Source: Albugo candida (Eukaryota). From it: DNA of 64,000 nt. This document shows, piece after piece, positions 59,301 through 64,000 of the stretch (the first letter of the stretch is position 1; each line of letters begins with the position of its first letter). The stretch is taken from assembly GCA_040437565.1 (NCBI GenBank), contig JBDOQK010000013.1, positions 62,001 to 126,000 on the forward strand, written 5' to 3'. The notes under the pieces were generated by a model. That model was not told the DNA's origin. It ran no database searches and was given only the letters and a program-made list of their open reading frames with translations. The position numbers and the translations under genes are program-made.

Positions 59301-61994
59301 ATGAGCATCGACGGATTGCTTACCATCAGATCGAGTCGGGCAATCGCGCATCCACACAATCCACCAAAATTGGATGTCCGAACTGCGTATCAAGAATGGT
59401 TTAATGACCTGTACAAAAGTACACCTCCCAAGTTGCCTGCCGTATCCCGAAGGAAGAAGTCATTTGAATCAGCGGAGGTCGATGAAATTCTTAAACTTCG
59501 CACGCAACCACGCAAAAAACGATTTTCAAAAAAGTATGCTACCTTACTTTCTCACGATTCCTTTCTAAACGTCTGAAAGCAGATGTATGGAACACGCCAT
59601 GGCGCCAACCAGTTCGAGTCTTAGAAGAGATACCAACGGCCCCCGTGTTGTAAGAAGTTTCTCACGTTTTTGGTCAACTGATTTTCATACCATTATGTAA
59701 AAAGCCGAGTAACAATGAAGTTGAGGTCTATCTGACAGTGACAGACGCCATGCGCGCTGCGCATCAACAGGCTGCTAATCGTCGATTTCAAGCTCTCTTG
59801 GATGAAGCCGACTGCGCTAGCTACACTTATGAATCCCCATTTTTTCCAGAGACTCGATTTTTCCAGGCATTGGTCGATCATTTACTTAGCTCGAATCCCT
59901 GCATGACGGAGTTTCCTTCAATCGGTGTTGACATTCCTCCAACACTTATTCGGCTGCGTAACAACGCCGGAGCTGTATTTATTCATAAAAGGAATTGTAC
60001 TGCGGATGACAATACATTGGCTCTCATTCACCTCAAGAGCCGTGAAGAAATGCTTACCAAAACAAATGATATTCTGCAATCCTTCTCTGTCCATGCTGCA
60101 CAAAATCCAATAGCAATAGCCAAAAGCACTGACCGAGCTGCTCGGAAACGTTCCTGGACGCTCCAGTCACTCGAAGAGGTCAAAGCCTCGATGCAAATGC
60201 TTTGGGATTTCAATTCCGTGGGTCACATAATGATCCAGAAATTCATCGTTTGCAAACGTCAAACGGGCATTCAGATGGAAACCATCGACCAAACAAAAGA
60301 GTCGTCTCACAAGAGATATGAGAATAAATGGTTTGCTCGTCCTGTTTACCGTTCCAAAGAAAAAAGCACATTTGTTTGGATCATTCGGAATNNNNNNNNN
60401 NNNNNNNNNNNNNNNNNNNNNNNNNNNNNNNNNNNNNNNNNNNNNNNNNNNNNNNNNNNNNNNNNNNNNNNNNNNNNNNNNNNNNNNNNNNGATTTCAAT
60501 TCCGTGGGTCACATAATGATCCAGAAATTCATCGTTTGCAAACGTCAAACGGGCATTCAGATGGAAACCATCGACCAAACAAAAGAGTCGTCTCACAAGA
60601 GATATGAGAATAAATGGTTTGCTCGTCCTGTTTACCGTTCCAAAGAAAAAAGCACATTTGTTTGGATCATTCGGAATACGGGTTCCAAAGTGAATGATTC
60701 CGCAGACTCATCCAATTGTCAGATCGTCAAGTGTACATCTCGGTAGGTGCCGATGTCTGAGTGCTCGCATTGGAAGCTACAGCTTGTACGTAGGAATGCG
60801 TGGCTTCAACCACGTCGTATAGTGGAGACAGTAGCTCACCGCCTCGAAGCCCTTTTATCGCTTTCGTTTGCCGCTCTATCACTCGATCTGATTCAAGATA
60901 CGGAAGGAAAATGGTGGTATCTCCAAGTCAAAGCCTTGCAATTACATTCTAAAACTGGATTCAAGCACTCTCTGACTCGAACCAACTCAACGCCTGAACG
61001 CGTTTTTTCATCGCTGAATCGCTGTGACGGCAAATTCTGTCAGGAACTCGCTCCCAACGAACAAAACTCAATGCTTCACGTACCATTTCCATCTCGCCAG
61101 CTGCTTCGAAAAGATCTCATCAGTTGTCATTATTTCCAGGATTATTATATGCATCAAACGAATGATACCTCTGATTTCTCAGCAGCTTTGGATTGGTTTT
61201 TGCGTACTAAAGTGAGCAAAAAGGATCGATGCCGACTGTATGAGGTCGTTGTGCTGTGTAAGAATTGTATCGAAAAGTACTTTAGCCTCCAGCAGCAATT
61301 GGTATCGGCTGTANNNNNNNNNNNNNNNNNNNNNNNNNNNNNNNNNNNNNNNNNNNNNNNNNNNNNNNNNNNNNNNNNNNNNNNNNNNNNNNNNNNNNNN
61401 NNNNNNNNNNNNNTTCGAAAAGATCTCATCAGTTGTCATTATTTCCAGGATTATTATATGCATCAAACGAATGATACCTCTGATTTCTCAGCAGCTTTGG
61501 ATTGGTTTTTGCGTACTAAAGTGAGCAAAAAGGATCGATGCCGACTGTATGAGGTCGTTGTGCTGTGTAAGAATTGTATCGAAAAGTACTTTAGCCTCCA
61601 GCAGCAATTGGTATCGGCTGTACACGTCGACGGTCAACAGAGGTCGAAAAGCAGATCACAAGCTCCTCGCAAAACCAACGATCTCGTATATCGTTCATCG
61701 AAAGAGATAGCTACCATACTTCCAGGCTTATCATCGGGACAATCTCCTGCTTTAACCCACAAAGACAGCGGAGACTTGGAACTTTCTTTGGATGAGGATA
61801 TCGTGTACCCACATTGTCGTGCTGAGATTGAGAATTTGGTGAAACGAGCGGATGATACTTTTATGAGTATAGGCTCAAGGCTACAGACACTCACACTCGG
61901 CCGAACGCTTTCTCGGCAAGTAGGAATCGAGCATTCCTGGCCAAAGCATTTGAAAAGCCTCGAGCATCACAAAGAGGGCGGACCCCATGATTGA
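59301..61994 (+). CDS. Hypothetical multi-exon protein with two gap-associated duplications; ends approximate
   Basis: Consecutive ORFs are joined by short introns, e.g. the in-frame 51-bp intron at 60743-60793. The LSLDLIQDTEGKWWYLQVKA segment is weakly ATP-grasp-like. Confidence 0.5.
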
Positions 61995-62209
61995 GTCTTT
62001 CTGAAGGCTCGTAAATCATTAACAAGCTATCCAGCGATCGGAAGACATCAAAGCACAATATGGAACGTGTTTGCATGGCATTCAGTCTCATGAGCTCAAC
62101 AAAAAGAGTTGGACAAACGACCACATTGATTACTTCTCATTTACTGGATTTGTGTCGGTGAGCTACGAATACTGTCCCTGAACCCATGGATGCAAACGAT
62201 GGAGTGCCT

Positions 62210-64000
62210 CTATCTCTCAGATACCCCATACACACTCTCAAAATACCGCAAAAGTTGCTCGCCTTGAAATGAAACCATTTGCACATCACCAAAGCTATTG
62301 ACAAATATGTGAATATCTCGAAGACACCTGTGAGAAAGAATGAATCAAAATAGTCAGAAAAAGACGTTTGACATTCAAACCTTTTCTTCCCGAGTTCCGT
62401 GCGCGGTTGGACGAGTCTGAAGCAGTCTGGAAGCTTTTGGGTAAACATATCAAAGACTCGCGTCATGAGGTCTTTCATTTGCGGCACCGGGAGGACGGGA
62501 TTCAGCACTTGATACAACTTGAGCGTATTCTGTGTGATACCATGCATCGGAGCCGTTGGGATCTCCACATTTGGAGAATCGTAATCGATTTCAGCAGCCA
62601 CATTTTCGAGGAATCGCTTCATGATCTGCTCTTCCACTATCGCCGTAAATTTACTGAATATCTTCTCATTGTGCTCTGCAAAATCGCGCAAAACGCGATC
62701 AAATTCTCCCAATAATGCTTTCTGGCGATCTGAAAAATGAGCGGCGAGTGCGGCTTTGATATGAGGAAGAAGTGTCATGGCAAGCTCTAGTGACTGAGAA
62801 GCGACACCAAGATGTCGGGCAGAGATACTTTTCAATCGAGCGATTTGCATGGCGCCTGCACCCAAAACCAATTGCGTAGTACGCGAATTGAACAGCTACA
62901 AAGCAAGAAAAAAAAGTAAGTAGCCATCAGGCTATAAATCAATTCAGAGGCGTACGCGAAGGATCTCCACACAGCGTTGAGATACATCGGTTGCGAGCAC
63001 GGGGAACGTAGCAGCACATGACATATAATTCATAATGATCTCCAGCATCAGAAGAACCGACCAGACGACTTTGAAGGTTTTCCCACAAATTTGAATCGCT
63101 TTTAACGGCGCCAAACTCTNNNNNNNNNNNNNNNNNNNNNNNNNNNNNNNNNNNNNNNNNNNNNNNNNNNNNNNNNNNNNNNNNNNNNNNNNNNNNNNNN
63201 NNNNNNNNNNNNNNNNNNNTGAGGTCTTTCATTTGCGGCACCGGGAGGACGGGATTCAGCACTTGATACAACTTGAGCGTATTCTGTGTGATACCATGCA
63301 TCGGAGCCGTTGGGATCTCCACATTTGGAGAATCGTAATCGATTTCAGCAGCCACATTTTCGAGGAATCGCTTCATGATCTGCTCTTCCACTATCGCCGT
63401 AAATTTACTGAATATCTTCTCATTGTGCTCTGCAAAATCGCGCAAAACGCGATCAAATTCTCCCAATAATGCTTTCTGGCGATCTGAAAAATGAGCGGCG
63501 AGTGCGGCTTTGATATGAGGAAGAAGTGTCATGGCAAGCTCTAGTGACTGAGAAGCGACACCAAGATGTCGGGCAGAGATACTTTTCAATCGAGCGATTT
63601 GCATGGCGCCTGCACCCAAAACCAATTGCGTAGTACGCGAATTGAACAGCTACAAAGCAAGAAAAAAAAGTAAGTAGCCATCAGGCTATAAATCAATTCA
63701 GAGGCGTACGCGAAGGATCTCCACACAGCGTTGAGATACATCGGTTGCGAGCACGGGGAACGTAGCAGCACATGACATATAATTCATAATGATCTCCAGC
63801 ATCAGAAGAACCGACCAGACGACTTTGAAGGTTTTCCCACAAATTTGAATCGCTTTTAACGGCGCCAAACTCTCGCCATTGAACTCCCGATCTTCCCATA
63901 ATGTTGGTGGAGGTCCTCGACCACTGGAGAGATCCTCGAGGGCTTTATGACGATCGACCGATATCTCCGTGTTTTTCCACATTTCGTGATCGAGCGTTGA
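62210..64000 (-). CDS. VPS54: GARP complex subunit VPS54, C-terminal part; ~62466-63119 is duplicated after the gap and the 5' end lies outside the window
   Basis: LFNSRTTQLVLGAGAMQIARLKSISARHLGVASQSLEL...HNEKIFSKF matches the Vps54 domain. The spliced last exon ends with TAG at 62210. Confidence 0.88.

Noticed and set aside
60743..60793. In-frame TAG between two long ORFs, suggesting stop-codon readthrough
   Set aside because: The TAG lies within a 51-bp GTAGGT...TAG intron whose removal keeps the frame.
62466..63873. Two tandem VPS54 paralogues
   Set aside because: The copies appear identical, including the intron, and are separated by an N gap; this is an assembly overlap.

Overview
Gene-dense eukaryotic DNA with many short (~45-60 bp) GT-AG introns. 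Gene content, intron size and compactness point to an oomycete, possibly Albugo-like; this is inference, not a database result. The window is a draft scaffold with 13 runs of 100 N. Most gaps are flanked by duplicated sequence, so several genes look split or duplicated only because of assembly. Recognisable genes: a beta-adaptin/AP-4 beta C-terminus, a multi-HMA P1B copper ATPase, a WRKY19-like zinc-finger repeat protein, PP1 inhibitor-3 (Ypi1), a CEP192-like protein, an SLC25A33/36-type carrier, a WCPPC thioredoxin, NIT2, NOP56, an AGC kinase, a multipass lipase-3 protein, a trypsin-like protease, SEC62, RIF1, ERV1, a TPR protein, histone H4, U2AF35, IFRD, a PHD-AWS-SET methyltransferase, an EGF-repeat surface protein and VPS54. 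The most unusual locus is a divergent H3/H4 pair. H4 is intact, but H3 is a frameshifted pseudogene split at the K27 codon by a ~725-bp insert. The insert fuses the H3 N-terminal tail in frame to a Ser-rich/Cys-containing ORF and carries a 167-bp Mutator-type MITE with a perfect 9-bp target-site duplication. Also present are a full-length decayed Tc1/mariner element with TIRs, a 43-bp inverted repeat in a decayed gene, and a probable retroelement-derived ORF relic. I found no tRNA, rRNA or CRISPR features.
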